Positions 31,528-41,331 are shown, numbered from the stretch's first letter. The stretch: 59,854 nt of DNA from a virus (IMGVR_UViG_3300020235_000181:1-59854); one strand, 5' to 3'. Notes: a model not told the origin generated them from the letters alone. Program-made: numbers and translations.

Positions 31528-32616
31528 TCAAAATCAACCTCTATTATTTGCTTTTCAACGTCTATGATTTTAATATCATTGATGATAACCTCATCGCTAT
31601 ACATCAGTTTTACTAATTCATATAAATCATAAATATCAATCAATCTCGATCATTCCTCATATCTGCTATGTTTGCACCATAATCTGCTCTATGCTCATCA
31701 CACATCATATCAAAATCTTGATCTGTGTCGCCCGTGCAATCCTCAATTCCATAAGAACATTCTTCGATCATATTTTTAATCTCTCACATGAATCACACTT
31801 ACACTTAACTGCTTTGTATATTTGGTTTAATCCAGTTTGTACTATATGATCATAGTCTTTGATATTAGGAATATCAAGCAATATTTTCTTTAATGCGTGT
31901 ATTTCATAATATGACAATTTTACTGTTTTGTTTCTGTATATTTTAGGGTACATAATAGTATTATATATCTTGTATAATATAAATGTATGTTTTAAAAAAT
32001 AGGATTAGGTATTTATTAGATACCTTTTTTCATTTCTTTAAGATGTTTTTTTTCTTGATTGATTTTTTTCTCAAGTTGTTTCATGTCTTTTTTATATTCA
32101 CTCTTGTATATTTTTTTGTAGCATTTCATACAGTATTCATTATATTGCATACATTGATAGGAATTATATCCTAGTTGTTCACGCATACATTTTTCACCCT
32201 TATCCATGTGTCGCCTACATTTTATACATGGTGTTCCCCAACGTCTTATCCTAACTGTTGATTCATAAAAGTCACTTATAGTCATTTTCTATACTCACAT
32301 TCGTTTATATGTTCTTGTTGTGAATATTGATCTACTTCCTCGTTACAGCGATCGCAATACACTCTTACTTCGTATGAAAAGTCTTTTTCTAATTCAATTT
32401 TTTCTGTTGTAGTTGTCATTGTTATATTATACGCTATTAAACATATAAACTGTTCCAAGTAAACCAAGATCACCAAGTATTGTTATATATACTATTAACA
32501 AAACGCAAAATTTCTTGATATATTGTTTCTTTATATACTATATATATTAATTAGCGTAGTTTGAACTGGTTGCTGGTAGTGTTGTACACCTATTCAGGAG
32601 TATTTCGTGCCTAGAA

Positions 32617-32687
32617 TATCACTCTGCTGGCGGATGTTCCGGATGCACCCGTGATGCACACAGCTCCATGTGTTGCAATATGTGATA
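32617..32687 (-). ncRNA. Candidate structured small RNA (4-way junction)
   Basis: Closing stem TATCAC/GTGATA around hairpins ACACA/TGTGT, GCATC/GGTGC and CGGA/TCCG; GC-rich island in an intergenic gap. Confidence 0.4.
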
Positions 32688-33497
32688 ATAGTATTTTGTG
32701 GGGTTTTAGTTGTTGATAAAATATAACACATTATACATCAAAGTTATCATCTTTAATGTGAAATACTTTTTTTTGTAATTTATTAACAATAAATTCTAAA
32801 GTACCCTCAAGATCATCTAACATTTTATCAGTTTCTTCTTTGGTTAATCCAAATTCATTTCTTGCTTGTAATAATATAGACTTGGTATAATTCATTGGTA
32901 CTTTCATAGTTGCCACAGCTCCAAATATTACGCAAAACATTTCTTTGTTGGTAATCATGTTGTTATACACATAACACTTCCTAATATATACTTTCCCTAT
33001 ACTTTTCTTTTATATACTATTAAGCGTGTTTTTAATATTCTTCAACTGGGGTGTAGGAGGATGACGCTTCTTTTTAGGCACGAATTATCTGGTTTTACGG
33101 CATATTTTTCCTGATACATACATACTGTACGGCATAACCGTATGGTTATACGAAAAAATTTCGTATAACATTTTTAGGATATTATTATCCAAACTACTTT
33201 GCCATAAATAAAATTACCCATTGGCTTAGATTTAGTTCCATCACGTTCTGAATACACTATATGAATGTTATGCCTACCCATTTCATGCCTTGATTTTCTA
33301 ATATCTATTAATGGATCGTTATTATCGAATGTTTGATCACATAAACTGCATTTAATTAAGCCCAAATAAGTCGTCTCCTTTTTTTCTGAAGGGTGACGCT
33401 CCCCGTTGTGCCGTATTTTCGTGCCTAGAAGTAGCATCTACACCCCGCATGGTTTGGTTATTTGTATATATACTCAGGTTATTATTACTATATAAGA

Positions 33498-33887
33498 TCA
33501 TACGCCTAGCTCATCCTCGTCAGGCGTAAAATCAAATAAATTAGTCATATCATTCAAGTGATCATGTATTAATTGCCCTTGTCTAGTCATGGTTACTTGT
33601 TGTTTTTCAATATACACCAAGCATTGAGTATTATTAACTATGACATTAATACGATCATACAAATTATTTTCGTACTTATCAAGTTTTAATAAATCATATT
33701 CATTGACATTAAATAATATACCGTCTGTTATACTTCCAAATTTGTGTTTAATTGTTAAATATATTGAATAACTACAATTTACCAATTCATAATTAAACAA
33801 TCTAGCGGGGAATGAATTTGTATTATGTCCTAATATATTAGATCGAACATAATCATCTATTAAAGTACCATACGTGAACATTAACAT
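33498..33887 (-). CDS. Gamma-glutamylcyclotransferase (AIG2-like)
   Basis: 'MFTYGTL', 'G.LF.V...DL.KLDKYE..LY.R..V' and 'VY'. Confidence 0.85.
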   Translation of the reverse strand: MLMFTYGTLIDDYVRSNILGHNTNSFPARLFNYELVNCSYSIYLTIKHKFGSITDGILFNVNEYDLLKLDKYENNLYDRINVIVNNTQCLVYIEKQQVTMTRQGQLIHDHLNDMTNLFDFTPDEDELGV

Positions 33888-35532
33888 TTAATTTATTCCT
33901 CGTCTTTTGGCTCAATACTATATATAGTCATAAGTGGCTCTTTACTGCAAAATATTATTTCGCACACTTCACATAAACAATTATTCTTTACTAATCTAAC
34001 CATAGGCATATTATTATGACAATATAAGCAAGTTACAGTTTTTCTATAATATAACATTTGACTATTAAAAAACGTACTCAATTTAATATCACCAATTTAT
34101 TAGAACATTCCTTACACATATTACTTGATTTTTTATTATATTTAAAATCAAGCAAGCATATACAGCACGTTTTATTATATCTTGAATATGTCATTTTAAG
34201 CGTATTCCTCATAATCTAAAAGCATTTCACATTTAGGACACATTGGCTTATTATCCTGAATATACATCGTTTTATTTTCTAATTCTTGTTTTAAACGAAG
34301 TGGAAATATATTAAAGTCGCATTTTTTACAAAACCAATCGCCCATTAAGGCAGATCCGACTTTAAACATTTTCCTCACTATTTAAATCTTTGTGGTAATC
34401 AGTCCATAAATGTTCTCCCATTATTGAAATTTTATCAGCCACTCTAAACATGGTTTGATGTTTTTCACAAATAACAGAATCAAGATCCCATTTTCCACAT
34501 CCGCATTTATAATGTTCTGTGTTCATGTTTATCTTTTGTTCATAGTTCAATATAAATCAACCTCTGATTTTATTTTTTCTGTTATATACTTATTAGCCTC
34601 AAAACATGACATACACAAAGTTAAATCATACACTTTAAAAAAGTTGTAAGACAATATTATACATTTACATCGATCGCACTTTGTCATTTTATTTCATGTC
34701 CTTTTGAAATTGTTTTTTATTAATATTTTCTCTATATTCTAAATAATCCTCGTTAGATTGTCCTATTGTATTTAATGTTAAGTTTTTCAATAAGTTAATT
34801 ACATCACGCTGAGTTATATTGGCATTATTTAACATTTTAATAATTTTATCGTAGCAATCGCCTACTTTATCATGTTCACCAAATTCTGTGATATTATTAA
34901 TATCATGGTAATTTTTTAAAGTTAATTGCGTGATCATATCATCTTTAAAACTCATTTTAAATCAACCTCACAAGAACAAAACACACACATATCTTTAAAG
35001 TTTGGTTTGTTAATATTACAGTTTTTACTATGTTCTTTATATACTCTTAACATACTAAAAACACCTCGATATTTGTTTTAGTGTAAAACCATTCTCGATC
35101 ATTCTCCAAATTTTGTTGGAATTAAAATCAGTCATGCCTAAATGATTGATTATTTTTCTCATTGACATTCTGCCAAATTGACTTGGAAATGTTCTAATAA
35201 AATCCTCACTAATAAAATTAGTTTCCAATGCGATCGCTAAATATGGGCACAAAATACTATTTTCCTGATTTTCATGTGCCTTTAATAATACTCTACTTAT
35301 CAAACTTTGTGGATAAATAGCTTGTTCATTTGTCATCTTATTGACCTCAAAAAGTTTATTTCTATTGTTAATAGGCGTTTTTTGTTATGAATTTTTAAAC
35401 TCACATTATTTATTAAGCCTATGTATCTGGTAAAATCACAAATTTTAATACTTTGATTTTCTTTATATAGTCTTAACAAGAGCTTTGATTCTGTAAATGT
35501 TTCCATCTCTTTTCTTTTATATAGGTTTAAGG

Positions 35533-36558
35533 TCATTGGTAATACTGCTCCCAAGCTGGTGTAAATTGGTTATCCCCTTGAATCCATCGGGATTTATTTC
35601 CATAAATATCATCAAATAGATCGTAAATATCGATCATTAGTAAACCATCGCATAAACGATCTAATATCTCATCGTCTGTTACCTGAAATTCTTTTACGCA
35701 TAAATCATAATACTTTAAATCAGTTTTTGTCTTTAAAAAAGCCTTGATTTGATCGCTTGTCATATCGGGATTAATATTATTAACTTTTTCATTCCAATTC
35801 ATTGATTTTTTTTCTTTATATACTGTTAACGCTTGTTTTGAGATGTTATCTTTGAGATTTTTTTCAGTTTCCTTGGCTTTTTCCTTTTTTTTACCATTTA
35901 CCCACACGCCATAATTATTATAATTTTCATTATATCCACCATACCAAGCGTTATCATAATTAAACATACTGTTTGTTGTTGCTGTTTTTTTAACAAAGTA
36001 ATCATTAGAGCATTGGTTATCGTCAACTTTAACCCATGAACCAAATTTAACAATCCCTTTTTTAGTTAAAATACTAAATTTATTCATAGTCGAATCTTTT
36101 ATTATGTCATTTCCATGTCGATTTAATAAAAATGCGATCACTCTTGAATCGCTTAATTCACCTTTTGGGATTTTAGCTGGATTATCTTGGATTGATTTAA
36201 TGAGCATTTTTTCCCAATTTGAAACCGTTCCGTTATGGAATAAAACGTCAAACTTTGAATTATCCACGTGAAGATCGGTTTTTACTTCTTTTGAAATTGG
36301 AAATGGGTGGCATAATTTAGGGTTTACATTTCCCACGCTTGCAATTCTAAAATGAATAATTGCAGTCTTAACTTTATTTGGAATTAATCTTTTTTCAATT
36401 ATTTTGATGATTTTTTTAGCCTTTAATCCTTTTCTGTAATTGATTTTTCCTTTTTCTAACCATGCGATCGATCCGCCATGACTATTCATGGATTCAGCAT
36501 CTTTTAAAGTCTGAGATTTTGGGAATTTTCCATCCTCAATATTTATTATTACACACAT
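35533..36558 (-). CDS. Class II (Ntn) glutamine amidotransferase
   Basis: N-terminal Cys (MCVII), 'N.HG', 'HFRIAS.G', 'CHPF', 'FHNG' and 'SDSR'. Confidence 0.85.
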   Translation of the reverse strand: MCVIINIEDGKFPKSQTLKDAESMNSHGGSIAWLEKGKINYRKGLKAKKIIKIIEKRLIPNKVKTAIIHFRIASVGNVNPKLCHPFPISKEVKTDLHVDNSKFDVLFHNGTVSNWEKMLIKSIQDNPAKIPKGELSDSRVIAFLLNRHGNDIIKDSTMNKFSILTKKGIVKFGSWVKVDDNQCSNDYFVKKTATTNSMFNYDNAWYGGYNENYNNYGVWVNGKKKEKAKETEKNLKDNISKQALTVYKEKKSMNWNEKVNNINPDMTSDQIKAFLKTKTDLKYYDLCVKEFQVTDDEILDRLCDGLLMIDIYDLFDDIYGNKSRWIQGDNQFTPAWEQYYQ

Positions 36559-36645
36559 GATTAGATTAAACCCCTTTGTATATTAAATGTATCTGAAAAT
36601 TTGCATATTTTCAAATTTTCTTTTATATATGAATTAGCGTACATT

Positions 36646-37386
36646 TTAAGTTGATCCTCTAAAGGTAATTGTTTTAATTTCACCTTTTAATTCTAGGTAA
36701 TCCTCAATAATTTGTATAATTTCTAAAGTGGCAGAAATTTGTAATTTTTTACTCTTAAAAGTTGGTAATAAACGAAATTCTAAAGTTTTTCTTTGTTGAT
36801 TGTTATAACAATAATTTAATTGAGAATATCGTTCAGACATTAAATTTCTAGTCATATCTCTTTGAGCTTCACAATTAAATCTATGCCAATTATATTCCGT
36901 ACCGTTTTGACCTACACGATCCCAAAATGGTGAATTTGCTCTAATGTGGTTTTTTGTTCCCCATTCATTCATTCGTTTTAAGGTATATTCATAAAATTCT
37001 GTACACATTAAAGTCATATAATCGCAAGCTGATTTTAACGAAACGTGGATATGACCTCCACAATGAGAATTTGTGCCTTGAGGGTGGCATTTATCAATAA
37101 ATTCTTCAATTTCTGAAACATCTAATTTATTACTAATCCATTCCCCGATCCCACTTTTTTCCATTTCCTTAGTGCACCTACATTCGTGATATGGGCACGT
37201 GCAATAATTATCAGATAAGTGATTAAAACCGACTACGCTTGAATCGCTTGTAAAATGACCTTTAAAAAATGGGATTAATTGGAAATTACCCTCTAATTCA
37301 ATTCCAACTTTATAAATTCTATTACAAACTTTTGTATAAGTTGTAAGACCATGAGATAAATCTCTAATTGTTATTGTATTACTCAT
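36646..37386 (-). CDS. Putative amidoligase (COOH-NH2 ligase, Amidoligase_2-like)
   Basis: 'GIELEG', 'DSSV', 'GEW.S', 'CGGHIHVS', 'RYSQLN' and 'TLEFR'. Confidence 0.8.
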   Translation of the reverse strand: MSNTITIRDLSHGLTTYTKVCNRIYKVGIELEGNFQLIPFFKGHFTSDSSVVGFNHLSDNYCTCPYHECRCTKEMEKSGIGEWISNKLDVSEIEEFIDKCHPQGTNSHCGGHIHVSLKSACDYMTLMCTEFYEYTLKRMNEWGTKNHIRANSPFWDRVGQNGTEYNWHRFNCEAQRDMTRNLMSERYSQLNYCYNNQQRKTLEFRLLPTFKSKKLQISATLEIIQIIEDYLELKGEIKTITFRGST

Positions 37387-37775
37387 AATAAATCAAATCT
37401 CCTAATGTATTTTTTCATTAATTTTAAGTAAACTTTGAATAATTCGATCCACTCTTTGATCTCACGATCTGTAAAAACGTTATAAATTTCACCCTCATTC
37501 ACAATATCATCTTTATTGATAAATGATAAATTTGGGATTCCATTTAGTGTTAATCTTGGTAAATCTCTATAATAGAAATTTAATGAACGGTTTAATCGTG
37601 TAAATTCTCCAGCTATAAATTCACCTGAATTTTCCATGTCAGCATATTTTGAATTTAATTTTTGTGCCATTAATCCTATTCTCTTAGCCATAACTGTTAT
37701 TCTTATTCCATCGTCAGTTTTACTCATGGCTATTTTCCAATTTACCTTTGATTGTCGCTTATGAACTAAAGACAT
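37383..37775 (-). CDS. Hypothetical protein, first gene of the amidoligase operon
   Basis: Overlaps the amidoligase start (ATGA); TATA box and TAGGCACGAAATAC motif upstream. Confidence 0.55.
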   Translation of the reverse strand: MSLVHKRQSKVNWKIAMSKTDDGIRITVMAKRIGLMAQKLNSKYADMENSGEFIAGEFTRLNRSLNFYYRDLPRLTLNGIPNLSFINKDDIVNEGEIYNVFTDREIKEWIELFKVYLKLMKKYIRRFDLL

Positions 37776-37980
37776 GGCTATTCTAGGAATAAATCATATA
37801 TATTACTTTAAGGGTATTTCGTGCCTAATTTGGTGAACCTCATACTTTAAGCGTGATTTTGGCTATTTTCGATATTTTGTTGACTTAAAGATTATTTCAT
37901 ATTTTTTTAGCGATCATAAAAATCGGGATTTATTGATTTTACCCTATAAGTAAGGATAAGAGATCAATATAAACTGTGGA

Positions 37981-38324
37981 ATTGGATAGTATGTATATTT
38001 TCATATTTTATGTTACCTCTATTTATAAATCATTTTAGCTTAACCTAATGTGATCAAATTGTGTAAAACAACAGTCAAAACCAAAACTGAGAAATTCCGC
38101 ATAACTTACTGCAATACTATTTTATGCGAAAATAGAGGTCATATCATAGAAATAGAATAATTACATTATTCTGTTTTTTTTTCATTTTATGTTTGTATGT
38201 ATATTTTCATATTTTAAAATACTATAATTGCATAATTTGATTTAATGTATGTATGATTTATAATAATTGGATAGTATGTATATCTTTGAATATTATGTTA
38301 CAATGTTTATAATACAATTAAAGC
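37981..38324. repeat. Degenerate direct repeats of about 55 bp
   Basis: ATTGGATAGTATGTATAT...TTATGTTAC at 37981 and 38266, with a partial copy at 38195. Confidence 0.75.
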
Positions 38325-38583
38325 ATAGATCGGGCGATCAATCGCTTATAAGCCTTTTTCTCATAGGATCTTAACAGTTATGCCTAACTGCGATCAAATA
38401 GGCGTGACTGCGATCAATTCGTGCCTGAGTTTAGTATATATACAAATAAGAATCCCTATTTTATACTTTATAATACGGTACTTAAATACTAAAAAAATGC
38501 TAGGCGTGGATTTCAAAAATGATACAAATCTTGTTTGTAGTGTTTTTCATTTTGACCATTCGTTTATATACTCCCCAAAAACC

Positions 38584-38750
38584 TAGGCGTTATATAAGGA
38601 GACTTAGGCGTTTTATAAGCTCCAGATAGGCGTTATATAAAGGAAAATCTAGGCGACATATAAGCAATATGGGCGTTATATATACTCACAATAGGCGTTA
38701 TATAAGGAAAAACCTAGGCGACATATAAGGCTAGTAGGCGTTATATATAC
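38584..38750 (+). repeat. Array of 8 (A/G)GGCG(TT/AC)(A/T)TATA repeats, 20-23 bp period
   Basis: Copies start at 38585, 38606, 38628, 38651, 38671, 38693, 38716 and 38736, with a 65-bp higher-order duplication. Confidence 0.92.
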
Positions 38751-39337
38751 CCCCGATCGTGCCTATACTCTATTAGTATATATACTATGCTCATACTATC
38801 ATACTATGTAGGCACAACACATATGATGTTCATACTATTTAGGCGTGATCGCAAAATTCCACGAGCAAAGGTTTATATGGGATGACCATTCAGATCCTCA
38901 TACCTAGTATAATTTTGCAGTAACATGATTTATATATCTATAGAAAATATTAGAATTTCGGGAAAACAATGATATATAAAGAAAGGACTCATAGACTAAT
39001 GAGTTCAGTCACCCAAGACTAATGGAGTACATTCGCCCATTATTAATTCGGGAAGTGGTATATATAAGTCTATCTGTATTTACAACTATGCTTGTAGTAG
39101 TCAGTCTCATACATGAAAGTTCTCTTGCAGTTGTAACATTGTAAGTCTGGTAAGTTCATTAGTATAACGTGAGAGCACACCAGCCATGTTTAATATTTCT
39201 ATCTGGTTTGGTTACATATCCCGCTATGTATCACAGTAGACGCTTTCACTATATACTCAGGAAAGAAGTATATATAAGTGTTTAAGACATGAGGATTTCA
39301 TCTCCCGATTATATATATAGCTTCGGTGGAACGATAA

Positions 39338-39440
39338 TGTAGCCGTAGCTCAGAGTGTGTCCTCACGACCTGTCTGCTTGTAGCAGATTATTCGTACCTT
39401 AGTATTCAACAGAGTTATAAACCACACAGAGGCTACCCCC
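39338..39440 (-). ncRNA. Candidate structured small RNA
   Basis: Terminal pairing GTAG-CTC-GTGTG with CACAC-GAG-CTAC, internal hairpins TCTGCT/AGCAGA and GTC-GTGAG-GAC, and a TATA box at about 39478-39485. Confidence 0.4.
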
Positions 39441-39525
39441 AAAATTTAATTTGGTTAATATAATAGATAGTAAATAGTATATAAGTGTTAAAAACGAAAA
39501 CGGTAAACTATAGTAAACTATACTA

Positions 39526-39603
39526 TAGTAGGGGTAGCTAGTCAAGCTACTCCTCTTAGCAAATCCCAGCTATACCAAGTATGCGGACTCACACCACCCT
39601 ACC
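39526..39603 (-). ncRNA. tRNA-like small RNA (non-canonical cloverleaf)
   Basis: 7-bp acceptor-like stem GGTAGGG/CCCTACT stacked on a 5-bp stem with 7-nt loop (GTAGC TTGACTA GCTAC), plus two more hairpins; TTTTAATA begins 29 nt upstream of G1. Confidence 0.5.
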
Positions 39604-40041
39604 ACTACTGTTGTGTATGCCTGTTATTAAAAGTTGCCCAAAAAAAATTTAAGTGCTTCGCCTACCGCAAATCCGTTATCGATCTCTTGTTGTGAAACCA
39701 TCGTGTTATGTCCACCCCGTCTCCCCCAAGAATCCAATAGTTTACGTGGTTAGCGTAGTGTGTGTTATTGTACTCATGGACTTTCATGTTAGTCTGTCTA
39801 AATCTCCGTAACTGCTTCGTTTTTCAATCTTACCCGTACTTACATAATAATCGAAACAACTGTCACATATTGTATGCTTCTTATCACATTCTTTACATGA
39901 GCATAGGTGATTACCCTCATATTCTGCATGGCAAAAATCACAAGTCTCAGTCATTTTAACCCTACAGTAAAGTTTAGTTCCTTATGAAAAGATTTATCAT
40001 CATTGTGCCATAAGTATATAATGGATAAGAATTGCCAGTTA

Positions 40042-40578
40042 CTATTCATTAACTTCATACTCTGGTACTCTTGTTCCCCTTTCACCATGAGGTCTTGTTG
40101 CATCATATATACATTCATCATAAAATCTACCAGCATGATCTGATGATGTAGATACAGTAAATGACATATTATATTCGCTATTAAAAACAGATTCATAAGA
40201 ACCATTTTTAACCTTGGTAAATTTTTTCTTTTCAAGAGGTAGCCCCTTCTTCATCAAAATATCCCTATGCTTCTCATTAAAGTGTTTCACAAATTCCTCT
40301 TTAACAGATTCAAAAATCTCTTCGCTTTCACAATGCCCGAACTCGCTTGAATAGTAACCACATCTCTCACATCCCCCATACACATCAGCCAAACTTAAAG
40401 TAAAAGATCCCATATAACTCAAGTCAGTAACATGAATATCCGTGTCTACAGTAGTAGATACATTAGTTCCATTATCTATTGTACCCGTAGCAGTTGGATC
40501 AGTATCAAGAACTAGAGATAACTCAACAGCGTCACCAATCAGTTCCTCAGCAGAAAAAAGTGGAGTTGGATCAGCCAT
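40042..40578 (-). CDS. Hypothetical protein, apparent C-terminal half of a split gene
   Basis: ATG 40578 overlaps the upstream stop; an acidic 62-aa segment precedes 'YGGCERC...FVKHFNEKH'. Confidence 0.5.
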   Translation of the reverse strand: MADPTPLFSAEELIGDAVELSLVLDTDPTATGTIDNGTNVSTTVDTDIHVTDLSYMGSFTLSLADVYGGCERCGYYSSEFGHCESEEIFESVKEEFVKHFNEKHRDILMKKGLPLEKKKFTKVKNGSYESVFNSEYNMSFTVSTSSDHAGRFYDECIYDATRPHGERGTRVPEYEVNE

Positions 40579-40774
40579 GAGCTTCACCGACCAAACAGCT
40601 TGAAGATTCCATTATACTTCGTTCCTTTCCATCATCACTTTTAAATGACATACCTCTGGTTTTCATATAGCCCCCATTGTCAGCGATTATCTGTGACCAG
40701 TCAGGACATATCTCTTCAAAGGAAAAAATCTTTTCTGATGGATTGACCTTCTCTTCTTGTATTGTATCTAACAT
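40571..40774 (-). CDS. Hypothetical protein, apparent N-terminal half of a split gene
   Basis: ATG 40774 lies 29 nt from CTTATATT; the ORF ends 'CLVGEAHG'. Confidence 0.55.
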   Translation of the reverse strand: MLDTIQEEKVNPSEKIFSFEEICPDWSQIIADNGGYMKTRGMSFKSDDGKERSIMESSSCLVGEAHG

Positions 40775-40888
40775 GGTTATAAATAAATGTCCCGAAATAT
40801 AAGTGTTTATTTTAATATAGTATAAATTAAACGATAAGTATATATAAAGGTTTTGATTATGAATTGCGTAGGGTTTCAAACTACTGTA

Positions 40889-41299
40889 CTAACTCGGTAG
40901 GTAGGCGATTAACGGGCTACACCTGAGTTTTTCTTCATTAACTATCATATTATTCTTCAAAGATTCCCGGATTTTGTCGAAACATTGTCGAGTTATTTTT
41001 GCACGGTTGGAATTATTATTAGTTACCCTTACTCTTATTCTCTTACAATCACTACAGTATTTCATAGCCAGTGATCTTGACATTGGTAATATTCTTTTAC
41101 ACCCACAACACGTTCTGTTTTCCTTGTTCTTCCTGTCTCTAATTTTTTTTTGCATTTTGGGTTTCTGTACTTCTAGGTAATGTTTCTTCCTTTGTGCATC
41201 CCTAATTACTACACGGTGAGCATGGCAATATTTCCTTGAATACCCAAACTCGTTTCTACTAAGTGGTGCATTACAATATGGGAAATGACAAGTTGCCAT
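40889..41299 (-). CDS. Double Zn-finger protein
   Basis: C....C...KYC..H and CCGC...KYCSDC; TATA upstream. Confidence 0.6.
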   Translation of the reverse strand: MATCHFPYCNAPLSRNEFGYSRKYCHAHRVVIRDAQRKKHYLEVQKPKMQKKIRDRKNKENRTCCGCKRILPMSRSLAMKYCSDCKRIRVRVTNNNSNRAKITRQCFDKIRESLKNNMIVNEEKLRCSPLIAYLPS

Positions 41300-41331
41300 A
41301 TAAAAAAATAGAAGTTATTTAATATAAGTGT

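Noticed and set aside
38380-38586. 68-aa ORF in the non-coding region
   Set aside because: It runs through repeat motifs, has atypical composition and shows no recognisable features.
38584-38750. Mini CRISPR array
   Set aside because: Repeats are about 12-14 bp, spacers are under 12 bp and are themselves duplicated, and there is no cas operon.
39385-39415. Hammerhead ribozyme (CTGTTGA-ATAC-TAAG-GTAC-GAAT on the minus strand)
   Set aside because: The core deviates from CUGANGA and GAAA at invariant positions, and stems I and III could not be built.
39340-39440. Canonical tRNA on the + strand (GTAGCTCAG)
   Set aside because: No T-arm with TTC and no proper cloverleaf; promoter evidence favours the minus strand.
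40384-40577. Canonical bulge-helix-bulge or group I intron
   Set aside because: The pairing I could find places both bulges on the same strand, and no group I core motifs were recognised. It is kept only as an unexplained insert.
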